Notes under the pieces: model-generated
The model's input: only the letters and a program-made list of their open reading frames with translations
The model's database searches: none
Told to the model about the DNA's origin: nothing
Translations under genes and position numbers: made by a program
In this document: positions 10,578 through 21,390 of the stretch, in pieces
How positions within the stretch are numbered: position 1 is the first letter of the stretch
Layout: each line of letters opens with the position of its first letter
Source: Opitutales bacterium
GTDB taxonomy: Bacteria; Verrucomicrobiota; Verrucomicrobiia; Opitutales; UBA2987
Direction of reading: 5' to 3'
Assembly: GCA_965226885.1 (NCBI GenBank)
Contig: CBDDEL010000014.1
Location: 128,001 to 192,000 of the forward strand
DNA length: 64,000 nucleotides

Positions 10578-11452
10578 ATGGGTGACGCAAAAAAGAGCAG
10601 TTTTCGGGTTCAATTCAACCGCCGAATCAAGTTGGAGTTCCACGGTGCGAAGGTTACCAGTGATGCAGGATTGTTACTCTACCGGGAACTCGATGAGGCT
10701 TTCGGGCTGACTGCAATAGGAAGCAAAAATGTGGTGGAGGAGCGCACGGGCAAAAATATCCAGCACGGCAGAACGGCTCTGCTTCGGCAGTCTGTCTTTA
10801 GTCGCCTGGCAGGATACAAAGATACGAACGATGCGGAGCGACTGCGCTTTGATCCGGTCATGAGGCAGATTGTCGGGGGTCGTGCCGATTGGCAACCGGC
10901 GGCTTCGCCCAGTGAAATGAGCCGCTTTGAAACACAGATGTTAACCAAGCCTGCGAATCTGAGCGCACTGATGGACATGAGTGGTCAATGGATCGACCAG
11001 GTGAATAGGCGAGTGGGGATGAAAAAATTGATTCTCGATATGGATAGTTCGGAGAGCCCTACTTACGGGAAGCAGGAAGGCTCGGCCTTCAACGGTCATT
11101 TCGGCTGCACCTGTTACCATCCCCTGTTCTGCTTCAACCAGTTTGGTGATCTGGAACGGGCCAACCTGCGTAAAGGCAATGTGCACAGTGCCGACGATTG
11201 GTTGTCGGTGCTCCAACCGGTCGTTGCCCGCTATCGTGACTGTCCCCTGAAACGATTTTTCCGAGGTGACGCAGCCTTCGCCAATCCGGACCTCTACGGT
11301 TACCTTGAGCAAGAGAACTTCTCCTATGCCATTCGGCTGCAGAGCAACACGATTTTACAAAAACATATCGCCCCTTTACTCACTCGGCCAGTGGGGCGAC
11401 CCTCGTGGGCACCCAAGGTGTTTTATGCCAGTTTTCCGTATCAAGCCGCTAG
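10578..11452 (+). pseudogene. IS1380-family transposase type E (distinct lineage), 3'-truncated
   Basis: TSDAGLLLYRELDE, LDMDSSES..G.QEG, RGDAAFA motifs; cut at CTAG by IS1380-A. Confidence 0.9.
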
Positions 11453-11584
11453 CCCGGATATTTCATGAAGGGTAAAGTTTGGCTCGTTATTGCTATTGGA
11501 GATGGATTTCTTTGTATTTTGAGCAGATCGTCTTGATTTTTAGGTGTTTTTCAGGGTGTAGAGACACTGCCCCCTTTCCCCCAT

Positions 11585-12912
11585 TGATGTGCACTGGAAA
11601 AAGTGGACACGAGATTCTCCTAAATGGAGAATCGAAGCATGGGAAGAAGACGCTTTAGTATAGAGTTCAAAAATGAGGCAGTTCAACTGATGATACTCGA
11701 TGGTCTGAGCGCCACCGAGGTATCGACCAAACTTGGGGTCAACACCAACCAATTGTATAGGTGGAAGAGGCTCTATCTGGACGATCAGCAGGGCGAAGCC
11801 ACCTCAAAGCGACAGAGCAGTCCGAAGGAGATGGCGGCCGAGATAGATCGTCTTCGCAAAGAGCTGCGCCGCTCGGAGCGGATCAACCAGATACTAAAAA
11901 AAACGGTGGGCTACTTTGCCAAGGACGAACAATGAAGTACCAGTTTGTCAAAGACAACGAGGGGCGCTTCAAGATCGAGGAAATATGCTCGGCGATGGGG
12001 ATTTGTCGCAGTGGCTATTACTGCTGGAGGCACCGAGCGCCCTCGGCCCGGCGGATCGAGGACGAGGGAATCAAGGGGGCGATCCTGAAGGTACACAAAG
12101 AGGCCAAGGGCCGCTATGGGCATCGGCCAATGCACCGCCATCTGAAGGATGATGAGGGCATCGATTGCGGCCGTGACCGGGCTCTGCGTCTGATGCGTGA
12201 AATGGGAATCAAAAGCACCCAGAGTAAACGCTTTAAGCCATTAAAAACCAACAGTAACCATCCCTATGGTTACAGCCCCAATGTGCTTAAAAAGCATGGC
12301 CAGCCGACCCATATCGACGAGGTCTGGGTGGCGGACACGACCTACCTACGGACCCTGGCCGGTTGGATGTACTTGGCCACGGTGATGGACCTGTTCAGCC
12401 GACGCCTGCTGGGCTGGAGCGTTTCCAACCACAACGACGCGAAGCTGGTTGGCAAGGCCCTCAAAGCCGCGGCCATGACCCGCGGCACACTGCGCACCGG
12501 GATTATTCATCACAGCGATCGGGGCAGCCCCTACGCCAGCGACGACTATCAGAGGCTGGTCTCTGAACTAGGCATGAAGCCGAGCATGAGCGCCCAAGGC
12601 AACTGCTACGACAACGCGGCCATGGAATCGTTCTACGGCCGCTTCAAGACCAGCACGATTCGAGGCCGCCACTTTGCCGACGGGCGCGAACTGCGATCAA
12701 CTGTCTTCGAATACGTGGAAATCTTCTACAACCGATATCGCAAACATTCCTCTCTGAGTTACCAAAGCCCAGTCCAATTCGAGGAAAATATTTGCCCCCC
12801 ATGGGGGGCAACGAGAAAACAAAACCCTTTACCAAAACAAGCCGCCTGACACACTAATCAATAAACAATGAATATAAGAGAATCCCGTGTCCAACAAATC
12901 CAGTACACGTCA
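11585..12912 (+). mobile_element. IS3-family element type D, complete (orfA 11639-11935, orfB 11932-12849)
   Basis: TG...CA ends with IRs; 3-bp TSD CAT; rve motifs WVADTTY, HSDRGS, DNAAMESF. Confidence 0.95.
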
Positions 12913-12952
12913 CATTGGTTCGGTAGTGCCGGGGGCAGCACCAATGCACCCT

Positions 12953-14263
12953 TTAGGTTGGCACCAATCGGCGGGCCGCATGGTTGAAAAGACTGGCCCA
13001 AGGATAACTCTCACTTAGGTGAAAGTGAATCGTTCGGGTGTTGCGCACGATGACCGCTCCGATCTTGATTAATTTGAGCCGCAGGGTGTGGCATTGGGCC
13101 CGCGCCCACTTCGTCCCTTTTAAGGCTAACCGGCGCATGGCTTCCATCAAGGTGTAGGCCAGCGCCGACAAGAGCAATCGCCACTGATTGGCCCACCATT
13201 GATGGGCGCTGGTGCGCTCGCTGAACAATTGCATCTGTTCCTTGATTCGGTTCTCCATTTCACCGCGGCCACAGTATACCTTGTCGTAAAGCTCCTGGGG
13301 ATCGCCCGGCAGGTTCGTCACCACGAAGCGCGGGTTGGACCCCTGTGCGGTGTGTTCGGCTTTATGGATGACCAACCGCAGCCATCGCCACGAATCGGCA
13401 GCATAGACGAAGTCCTGGAATAACCGTTGTTTTTTACCCCTTAGTTCGAACCATTCTTTGGCCTGCTTTTGCAACTGCTGGGCGTCTTGCTGCAAGCGTG
13501 CATTGCGAGCCATCCCCACGATGTAACTAACTTCGTTGCGGTCGCACCAAGAGAGTATCCGGTCTCGACAAAATCCACTGTCGGCGCGCCAAATAATCCG
13601 CGTACGGGGCCAGCTTTGGCGAATCCGTTTAACCAGCAATTTGAGGATGGCCCCGGCATGCTTGCTGGCATCGATCTTGCTCGGCCGCAGGTAGGCCACC
13701 AGCAGCTGATCACCGCAAAAAACATATAGCGGCAGAAAACAGTAATGATCATAATAACCGTGGAAAAAACGTCCCTCCTGGAGCCCGTGCACCGGATTGT
13801 CGGTGGCGTCAAAGTCCAGGATGATCTCTTCGGGTTCCTCGGCAAAGGAGCCCATGAACTGTTCGACCAACAGCTCGTTTACCGCAAAGGCCGCCCGCCG
13901 ATCCTGCCCGTTTTCAAAACGACACAAAGTCGGCGCGCTGGCCAACGTTTCAATGCGCCCCGTTACCGTTTGCAACAATGGATCGTGGCGCAGGGTATCA
14001 AAGTCGTTCAAATCCTCATAGCCCGCCACCAGCCCGTAAACGCGCTGCCGCAGCATCCCCAATACCTCATGGCGTACTTTGCCCTTCTGCCGTTTGTCCA
14101 CTAACTGTCGGGCCGCTCGTTCGGTCAAGCCCAACTGCCGATCCACTTCCCGGATCAAAAGCAGTCCGGCATCCGAAGTAACCTCTCCGCCCTTGAAATC
14201 AACCCGCACACGGCGGCCTTTTACCCTTGTCAACTGTAGCTTTAATTGTTTACCTTTTGTCAT
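12953..14263 (-). CDS. IS1380-family transposase (type A)
   Basis: Near-identical to 3632-4942. Confidence 0.95.
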   Translation of the reverse strand: MTKGKQLKLQLTRVKGRRVRVDFKGGEVTSDAGLLLIREVDRQLGLTERAARQLVDKRQKGKVRHEVLGMLRQRVYGLVAGYEDLNDFDTLRHDPLLQTVTGRIETLASAPTLCRFENGQDRRAAFAVNELLVEQFMGSFAEEPEEIILDFDATDNPVHGLQEGRFFHGYYDHYCFLPLYVFCGDQLLVAYLRPSKIDASKHAGAILKLLVKRIRQSWPRTRIIWRADSGFCRDRILSWCDRNEVSYIVGMARNARLQQDAQQLQKQAKEWFELRGKKQRLFQDFVYAADSWRWLRLVIHKAEHTAQGSNPRFVVTNLPGDPQELYDKVYCGRGEMENRIKEQMQLFSERTSAHQWWANQWRLLLSALAYTLMEAMRRLALKGTKWARAQCHTLRLKLIKIGAVIVRNTRTIHFHLSESYPWASLFNHAARRLVPT

Positions 14264-14350
14264 CGCTGATATTGCTTTAATTATTGATCTATCCTGCTGT
14301 ATATCAGCAGTTAAGCATATCAACGATACTTTTTTTACGAAATATCCGGG

Positions 14351-15697
14351 TTAGGTTGGCACCAACCGGCGGGCCGCATGGTTGAAAAGACTGGCCCATG
14401 GATAACTTTCACTTAGATGAAAGTGAATCGTTCGGGTGTTGCGCACGATTACCGCTCCGATCTTGATTAATTTTAGCCGTAGACTGTGGCATTGGAGCCG
14501 CGCCCACTTCGTCCCTTTTAATGCGAACCGGCGCAAGGCTTCCATCAAGGTGTAGGCCAGCCCCGACAAGAGCAATCGCCACTGGTTGGCCCACCATTTA
14601 TGCGCGCTGGTGCGTTCGCTGAACAATTGCATCTGTTCCTTGATCCGGTTCTCCATCTCACCGCGGCCACAGTATACTTTGTCGTAAAGCTCTTGGGGAT
14701 CGCCCTGCAGGTTCGTCACCACGAAGCGCGGGTTGGACCCCTGTGCGGTGTGTTCGGCTTTGTGGATGATAAGGCGTTGGCGCCGCCACGATTTTGCCCC
14801 ATACTCGAAGTGCTGAAACAGCCGTTGCTTTTTGCCGCTACCCTCGAACCATTGTTTGGCTTGCTCCTGCAACTGCCGGGCCGCTTGCTGCAAGCGTGCA
14901 TGGCGGGCCGTTCCCACTATAAAATAAACCTCGTTGCGCTCGCACCACGAGAGAATCCGATCCCGGCAGAATCCGCTGTCGGCACGCCAAATAATCCGCG
15001 TATGGGGCCAGCTTTGGCGAATCCGTTTAACCAGCAATTTGAGGATGGCCCCGGCATGCTTGCTCGCATCGATCTTGCTGGGCCGCAGGTAGGCCACCAG
15101 AAGCTGATCGCCGCAAAAAACATACAGCGGCAAAAAACAGTAATGATCATAATAACCGTGGAAAAAACGTCCCTCCTGGAGCCCGTGCACCGGATTGTCG
15201 GTGGCGTCAAAGTCCAGGATGATCTCTTCGGGTTCCTCGGCAAAGGATCCGATGAACTGTTCGACCAGCAACTCGTTCAGGGCAAAGGCTGCCCGCCGAT
15301 CCTGCCCGTTTTCAAAACGACACAAAGTCGGCGCGCTGGCCAACGCTTCAGTGCGCCCCGTTACCGTTTGCAACAAAGGATCGCGGCGCAGGGTGTCAAA
15401 GTCGTTCAAATCCTCATGGCGCACTTTGCCCTTCTGCCGTTTGTCTACTAATTGCCGGGCCGCTTGCTCGGTCAAGCCCAACCGCCGATCCACTTCCCGG
15501 ATCAAAAGCAGCCCGGCATCCGAAGTAACCTCACCGCCCTTAAAATCAACCCGCACACGGCGGCCTTTTACCCTTGTCAACTGTAGTTCTAATTGTTTAC
15601 TTTTTGTCATCGCTGATATTGCTTTAATGTTTAATCTATCCTGCTGTATATCAGCAGATAAGCATATCAGCGATACTTTTTTTATGAAATTTCCGGG
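14351..15697 (-). mobile_element. IS1380 type F (diverged relative of A); transposase 14351-15610 with a 51-bp in-frame deletion; right end lost
   Basis: Similar IRL; lacks VLGMLRQRVYGLVAGYE; its stop codon is the insertion site of A copy 3. Confidence 0.9.
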
Positions 15698-15701
15698 CTA
15701 G

Positions 15702-17268
15702 CCCGGATATTTCATGAAGGGTAAAGTTTGGCTCGTTATTGCTATTGGAGATGGATTTCTTTGTATTTTGAGCAGATCGTCTTGATTTTTAGGTGTTTTT
15801 CAGGGTGTAGAGACACTGCCCCCTTTCCCCCATTGGTTCGGTAGTGCCGGGGGCAGCACCAATGCACCCTTTAGGTTGGCACCAATCGGCGGGCCGCATG
15901 GTTGAAAAGACTGGCCCAAGGATAACTCTCACTTAGGTGAAAGTGAATCGTTCGGGTGTTGCGCACGATGACCGCTCCGATCTTGATTAATTTGAGCCGC
16001 AGGGTGTGGCATTGGGCCCGCGCCCACTTCGTCCCTTTTAAGGCTAACCGGCGCATGGCTTCCATCAAGGTGTAGGCCAGCGCCGACAAGAGCAATCGCC
16101 ACTGATTGGCCCACCATTGATGGGCGCTGGTGCGCTCGCTGAACAATTGCATCTGTTCCTTGATTCGGTTCTCCATTTCACCGCGGCCACAGTATACCTT
16201 GTCGTAAAGCTCCTGGGGATCGCCCGGCAGGTTCGTCACCACGAAGCGCGGGTTGGACCCCTGTGCGGTGTGTTCGGCTTTATGGATGACCAACCGCAGC
16301 CATCGCCACGAATCGGCAGCATAGACGAAGTCCTGGAATAACCGTTGTTTTTTACCCCTTAGTTCGAACCATTCTTTGGCCTGCTTTTGCAACTGCTGGG
16401 CGTCTTGCTGCAAGCGTGCATTGCGAGCCATCCCCACGATGTAACTAACTTCGTTGCGGTCGCACCAAGAGAGTATCCGGTCTCGACAAAATCCACTGTC
16501 GGCGCGCCAAATAATCCGCGTACGGGGCCAGCTTTGGCGAATCCGTTTAACCAGCAATTTGAGGATGGCCCCGGCATGCTTGCTGGCATCGATCTTGCTC
16601 GGCCGCAGGTAGGCCACCAGCAGCTGATCACCGCAAAAAACATATAGCGGCAGAAAACAGTAATGATCATAATAACCGTGGAAAAAACGTCCCTCCTGGA
16701 GCCCGTGCACCGGATTGTCGGTGGCGTCAAAGTCCAGGATGATCTCTTCGGGTTCCTCGGCAAAGGAGCCCATGAACTGTTCGACCAACAGCTCGTTTAC
16801 CGCAAAGGCTGCCCGCCGATCCTGCCCGTTTTCAAAACGACACAAAGTCGGCGCGCTGGCCAACGTTTCAATGCGCCCCGTTACCGTTTGCAACAATGGA
16901 TCGTGGCGCAGGGTATCAAAGTCGTTCAAATCCTCATAGCCCGCCACCAGCCCGTAAACGCGCTGCCGCAGCATCCCCAATACCTCATGGCGTACTTTGC
17001 CCTTCTGCCGTTTGTCCACTAACTGTCGGGCCGCTCGTTCGGTCAAGCCCAACTGCCGATCCACTTCCCGGATCAAAAGCAGTCCGGCATCCGAAGTAAC
17101 CTCTCCGCCCTTGAGATCAACCCGCACACGGCGGCCTTTTACCCTTGTCAACTGTAGCTTTAATTGTTTACCTTTTGTCATCGCTGATATTGCTTTAATT
17201 ATTGATCTATCCTGCTGTATATCAGCAGTTAAGCATATCAACGATACTTTTTTTACGAAATATCCGGG
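15702..17268 (-). mobile_element. IS1380 type A copy 4 (complete, 1567 bp)
   Basis: Both IRs; CTAG on both flanks. Confidence 0.95.
15871..17181 (-). CDS. IS1380-family transposase (type A)
   Basis: Near-identical to the other copies. Confidence 0.95.
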   Translation of the reverse strand: MTKGKQLKLQLTRVKGRRVRVDLKGGEVTSDAGLLLIREVDRQLGLTERAARQLVDKRQKGKVRHEVLGMLRQRVYGLVAGYEDLNDFDTLRHDPLLQTVTGRIETLASAPTLCRFENGQDRRAAFAVNELLVEQFMGSFAEEPEEIILDFDATDNPVHGLQEGRFFHGYYDHYCFLPLYVFCGDQLLVAYLRPSKIDASKHAGAILKLLVKRIRQSWPRTRIIWRADSGFCRDRILSWCDRNEVSYIVGMARNARLQQDAQQLQKQAKEWFELRGKKQRLFQDFVYAADSWRWLRLVIHKAEHTAQGSNPRFVVTNLPGDPQELYDKVYCGRGEMENRIKEQMQLFSERTSAHQWWANQWRLLLSALAYTLMEAMRRLALKGTKWARAQCHTLRLKLIKIGAVIVRNTRTIHFHLSESYPWASLFNHAARRLVPT

Positions 17269-17269
17269 C

Positions 17270-17430
17270 TAGTGCACTGTAACGTATGAAACTGAACATT
17301 TCATTTAATTCGGCTAGCGGTATTGCGGTAAGTCCACTCGAACGACCGAGCGTGTTTGTTGTGGTGACGAATATACTTCATGATATTTCGTTTGAAATCT
17401 CTTTTCGTTTTAAATTCCTCTCCGTGTCTT
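17270..17430 (-). mobile_element. IS630-family remnant (transposase C-terminus and right end)
   Basis: FKTKRDFKRNIMKYIRHHNKHARSFEWTY resembles IS630 C-termini; end reads ...ACAGTGCACTA. Confidence 0.6.
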
Positions 17431-17687
17431 TGTGCCCCCGTGAGAGTTCCTATTCTTCTCTTAAATGCAGAATGTGAATTATGAACATTGACATCTTTTT
17501 TGTTCCCCTCAAATACTACTGGCGTCAATCATCGCCCAAACTCTCTCTCTGGAATGACGAACTGGTCCAGCCTTCCCGCCGCATCTGCTGAAGTAGGGTA
17601 GAGGGTATTATTCGCGAAGAACGCAATGGAGTCAGGATGCAAAATATGAATTATGAACATTGACGTATTTTCTCCTAAAACTTGTAA

Positions 17688-18439
17688 TTAATTTCCCTTA
17701 AGAGGATGATTGCCTGTAAGCGGCTGCCTCTCCGCTTCACTTATAAAATCTTCCATTTTCGGAACCATCTCATCCATCATTTTTTGTTCAAACTCGTCAA
17801 ATGATTGTCCATCGACTATCATTAAAATAGAAAACTTAATCTTGAAATATGTGAGTATTCCGCACATCCATGCAACACTCAAAATATCAGACCGGAGTGC
17901 CTCTTTAGATTTTTCGTAAGACTGAGAAATCTTCAGATCAATCAAATCATTAGTCTTTGTAATTGGCTGATGCTCCTCAGTCTTGCATATATTTCGAGCA
18001 AAATCCTCAAATCCTTTATTTATATGAATAAGATTATCTCGTCCGTTCAATCGGTAAGCTAAGATCGGATACTCATATGAAAGCTCCCTCAAGTCAGCGA
18101 GGTAATCGTCAGTAACAAACGAAAAACTTAGGTCTTTCAATTTCTCTAATAGATCTTTGAATGACAGCCAATGTGTTCTATAGTATCGGTTATCTCTTTT
18201 TCGGAAACCAAATAGCCTAAATTTGAAAATGCTTTTGTTATAACCTTACGGTAAACTATAGTGAAAATTTGTTCGTTGAGTCGAAATCTATCAAAAATCC
18301 AGTAGATATTCAGTAAATGGTACAAAATGCGCCGAATTTGCCGCTTCTTCAATGCACGATTTCTCAATATATATGCAGTGGCAGCGACCACTGCTGATAG
18401 TGGAACCGACAATTGCTGAATTGTGTTGAGATAATCCAT
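17688..18439 (-). pseudogene. AT-rich hypothetical membrane-anchored protein, frameshifted (97 aa + 150 aa pieces)
   Basis: Two consecutive same-strand ORFs; the second frame extends upstream across the first stop; N-terminal hydrophobic segment. Confidence 0.5.
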
Positions 18440-18916
18440 TGTTTTACGCGAGTCCTATGTGGTTGGAGTTTTCGTTTCCTCTATTTGGTTTTATTAAATT
18501 TTTGACCGAATTTTGCAAGTAAGTTTATAATTCATTGGCTGAGAAGGGAATTTATCTGAATTTCGAAATAGTGGTGAGTGAATATTTTGAATTTGAACGA
18601 TGTTTCTTACGGGGGCCTGGAGGCACGGAGAATTTGCTGAACGAACGTGCTGTGGACAGACCTGGCGACCTGCCTGGCGACCTGAAATGTGAAGGGATTG
18701 GGTTTTTTGTGGGACATTTTGGCGCATTTTTGGATTTTTTTTGTGTTTATTCAAACGCATCAAACGGAGCTAACCTATCCATTGACGTTTTTGGGGAATT
18801 ATGGTATGTTCAGGGTTCTGCCGGCGAAATCAGGCGAAAAAATGTAAACGCCGGGGAAAAACCGGTACGGTAAAGAGGGCGCTTTAAAACCGGTACGCTT
18901 ATCCTAGAAAGGAGGA

Positions 18917-20422
18917 GTGTATCGAGATATGAAGCAATGGACAAGAGTGCGGCACAAAGTGCTGCGGGACAAGCAGAGCAAGCGCTCTGTAATGCGAGAA
19001 GAGGGACTGCACTGGGAGACCCTGGGAAAGATGCTGGCCTATTCCCAGCCGCCGGGATACCGGCGCAAGAAGAGGCGAGAGCGCAAGATCGATCCGTATG
19101 TGGGCTGGATCGAGGAGGTGCTCAAAGCGGACCGGAACGTGCCCAAGAAGCAGCGCCATACGGCCAAACGGATCTACCAGCGTTTGGGTCGGGAGAAGGG
19201 CTACCAAGGGGGCTACACGGCGGTCAAGGAGGTGGTGGCCGAGCTGCGAGCGAGGCGGCGGGAAGTGTTCGTGCCGCTGGAGCACCGCCCCGGGGAGGGA
19301 CAGGTGGACTTCGGTCATGCCCTGGTGAAGGAGGCGGGGCAATTGCGTAGGCGGCCATTTTTTGCCATGAGCCTGCCCTACAGCGATGCCTTTTTCGTGC
19401 AGGTGTTCGAACGGGAGTGCACGGAGAGCTTCTGGGAGGGGCACCTGCGAGCTTTTGAGTTTTTCGGGGCGGTGCCCCGGCGCATCAGCTATGACAACTC
19501 GAAGGTGGCGGTGGGTAAGATTATCGGTTCGCGTGAACGCAAGCTGACCGACGGGTTTCTGCAGCTACAGAGCCATTACCTGTTCGAGGAACACTTCTGT
19601 CTGCCCGCCCGGCCCAACGAGAAGGGCGTGGTCGAGGGGATCGTGCGTTATGCCCGGGCCAACTTCCTGGTACCGGTACCGCAGGTTCGGGACCTGGAGG
19701 AACTCAACGCAAAGCTGTTGGAGGCATGTGAGCGGGACATGGAGCGTAAATTACGCGGGAAAAGGGCGGTGAAAAAGGAACTGCTGGCCGAGGAGCGCGC
19801 CGTCATGCTGGCGTTGCCGCCCATACCCTTTGAAGCGAGCCGCAAACGCTCGACCTGCGTCAGCAGCCTCTCGCTGGTGCGCTTCGAGTGCAACGACTAT
19901 TCGGTGCCGGTGCGCTGCGCCCACCATCCGGTGGTGGTGGAAGGGTCCTGTCGGCAGGTGGTGATCTTCTGTGGGGGCCAAGAGGTGGCCCGGCACCGCC
20001 GCATTTGGGATAAAGAGCAAGTCTCTTTCGAGCCGGTGCACTACCTGGCTTTGCTGGAGAAAAAACCGGGCGCTTTGGACTTCGCCCGCCCACTCTCGGG
20101 CTGGCAGTTGCCGCAGTGCCTGCAGGTCCTCAGACGCCGGCTCGAAAGCCAATGCGGGGGCGAAGGCACCCGGGAGTATATCCGGGTGCTGCGGCTGTTG
20201 GAGAAACACCCCATGGCGGCCTTGCAGCAGGCCGTCGTCTCGGCCCTGCGGGTGGGGGGACTGACTCGTGAGGCCATCGCCCAGTATCTCTATCCTCAGG
20301 AAGACTACGGGAGCAGAACCTTCCGGCTGGACGGCCATCCACACCTGCGTCACGTCCGTGTGGCCGCCCCTGACCTCGGTGCCTACAGCGAACTGCTCAA
20401 GATTCCAGGAGGGGCTTTATGA
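18917..20422 (+). CDS. istA: IS21 transposase IstA
   Basis: QVDFG, YDN, EKGVVE DDE motifs. Confidence 0.95.
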   Translation: MYRDMKQWTRVRHKVLRDKQSKRSVMREEGLHWETLGKMLAYSQPPGYRRKKRRERKIDPYVGWIEEVLKADRNVPKKQRHTAKRIYQRLGREKGYQGGYTAVKEVVAELRARRREVFVPLEHRPGEGQVDFGHALVKEAGQLRRRPFFAMSLPYSDAFFVQVFERECTESFWEGHLRAFEFFGAVPRRISYDNSKVAVGKIIGSRERKLTDGFLQLQSHYLFEEHFCLPARPNEKGVVEGIVRYARANFLVPVPQVRDLEELNAKLLEACERDMERKLRGKRAVKKELLAEERAVMLALPPIPFEASRKRSTCVSSLSLVRFECNDYSVPVRCAHHPVVVEGSCRQVVIFCGGQEVARHRRIWDKEQVSFEPVHYLALLEKKPGALDFARPLSGWQLPQCLQVLRRRLESQCGGEGTREYIRVLRLLEKHPMAALQQAVVSALRVGGLTREAIAQYLYPQEDYGSRTFRLDGHPHLRHVRVAAPDLGAYSELLKIPGGAL

Positions 20423-21186
20423 AGGAAGAAAAAAACCAGCTGCTGTTACACCATCACCTCAAGAAACTGAAGTTGCCCACCATCCTGCGCGAATGGCCGG
20501 CGGTGGCCGCGGCTTGTTCCCGGGACCGGCTCGATTACGCCGCCTTTTTGTTGCATCTGGTCGAACGGGAGCTCATTGAACGCGAACAGCGGGCCGCCCA
20601 GCGGCGGATCAAAAACGCCCGTTTCCCCGTGCTCAAGACCCTCGAGAGCTTCGCCTTTGAAGCGCAGCCCTCGATCAACGAAGCGCTCATCCGAGAGCTC
20701 ATGCGCGGGGAGTATGTCGACCAGCGCGAAAACGTGCTGCTCCTCGGTAACGCCGGTACCGGTAAAACGCACCTGGCCACCGCCCTGGGCTTTGCCGCCT
20801 GTGCCCAGGGCCGGCGGATCCGTTTCTTCGGGGTCACCGCCCTGGTTACCCATATGCTCGAGCAACGCGACAACCACGACCTGCAGCGCTTCATGAAGCA
20901 ACTCGAAAGGCTCGACCTACTCATCCTCGACGAACTCGGTTACGTCCCTTTTTCCAAGACCGGTTCCGAACTGCTCTTCGACGTGGTCAGCCGCGCTTAC
21001 GAGCGCACCAGTCTCATCGTCACCACCAACCTGCCCTTTGAGAACTGGATCGAAGTGCTCGGTTCCGAACGGCTCACCGGAGCTCTGCTGGACCGACTCA
21101 CCCATCGGGTGCATATCCTCGAAGCCAACGGGCAAAGCTACCGCTTGCGCGATGCTCGACGCCGTCGCCGTGGCACAAAACAATAA
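20419..21186 (+). CDS. istB: IS21 ATPase IstB
   Basis: GNAGTGKTH Walker A, LLILDELGY Walker B, LLDRLTH. Confidence 0.95.
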   Translation: MKEEKNQLLLHHHLKKLKLPTILREWPAVAAACSRDRLDYAAFLLHLVERELIEREQRAAQRRIKNARFPVLKTLESFAFEAQPSINEALIRELMRGEYVDQRENVLLLGNAGTGKTHLATALGFAACAQGRRIRFFGVTALVTHMLEQRDNHDLQRFMKQLERLDLLILDELGYVPFSKTGSELLFDVVSRAYERTSLIVTTNLPFENWIEVLGSERLTGALLDRLTHRVHILEANGQSYRLRDARRRRRGTKQ

Positions 21187-21390
21187 ACGCCTTGGGCCCG
21201 GCTCGTCGGCCTCCGGCCTCCTCACCGACCCCAAGCCAATCCCCAAAACCAACTCCCAAACCCTAAACCTTGACGTACCTGCAATTACTAACCTAAACCT
21301 TATTCCAAGCGTACCGGTTTTACCCCGACCCCCGTACCGGTTTCATCCCGGCGTTTACAGAAATACTTATTTTTATTATTTTATTAACTA

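Larger units (their letters stand above)
11453..14350 (-). mobile_element. IS1380 type A copy 3, carrying IS3 in its right non-coding end
   Basis: IRR at 11453, IRL at 14350; flanks CTAG/TTAG. Confidence 0.93.
18843..21359 (+). mobile_element. IS21-family element, copy 1 (complete)
   Basis: TGTAAACG...CGTTTACA ends with repeated AAACCGGTACG boxes; istA-istB; flanks do not form a clear TSD. Confidence 0.95.

Noticed and set aside
18494..18842. Possible integrative-element end or tRNA-like att region
   Set aside because: No tRNA fold, integrase or paired att repeat visible.
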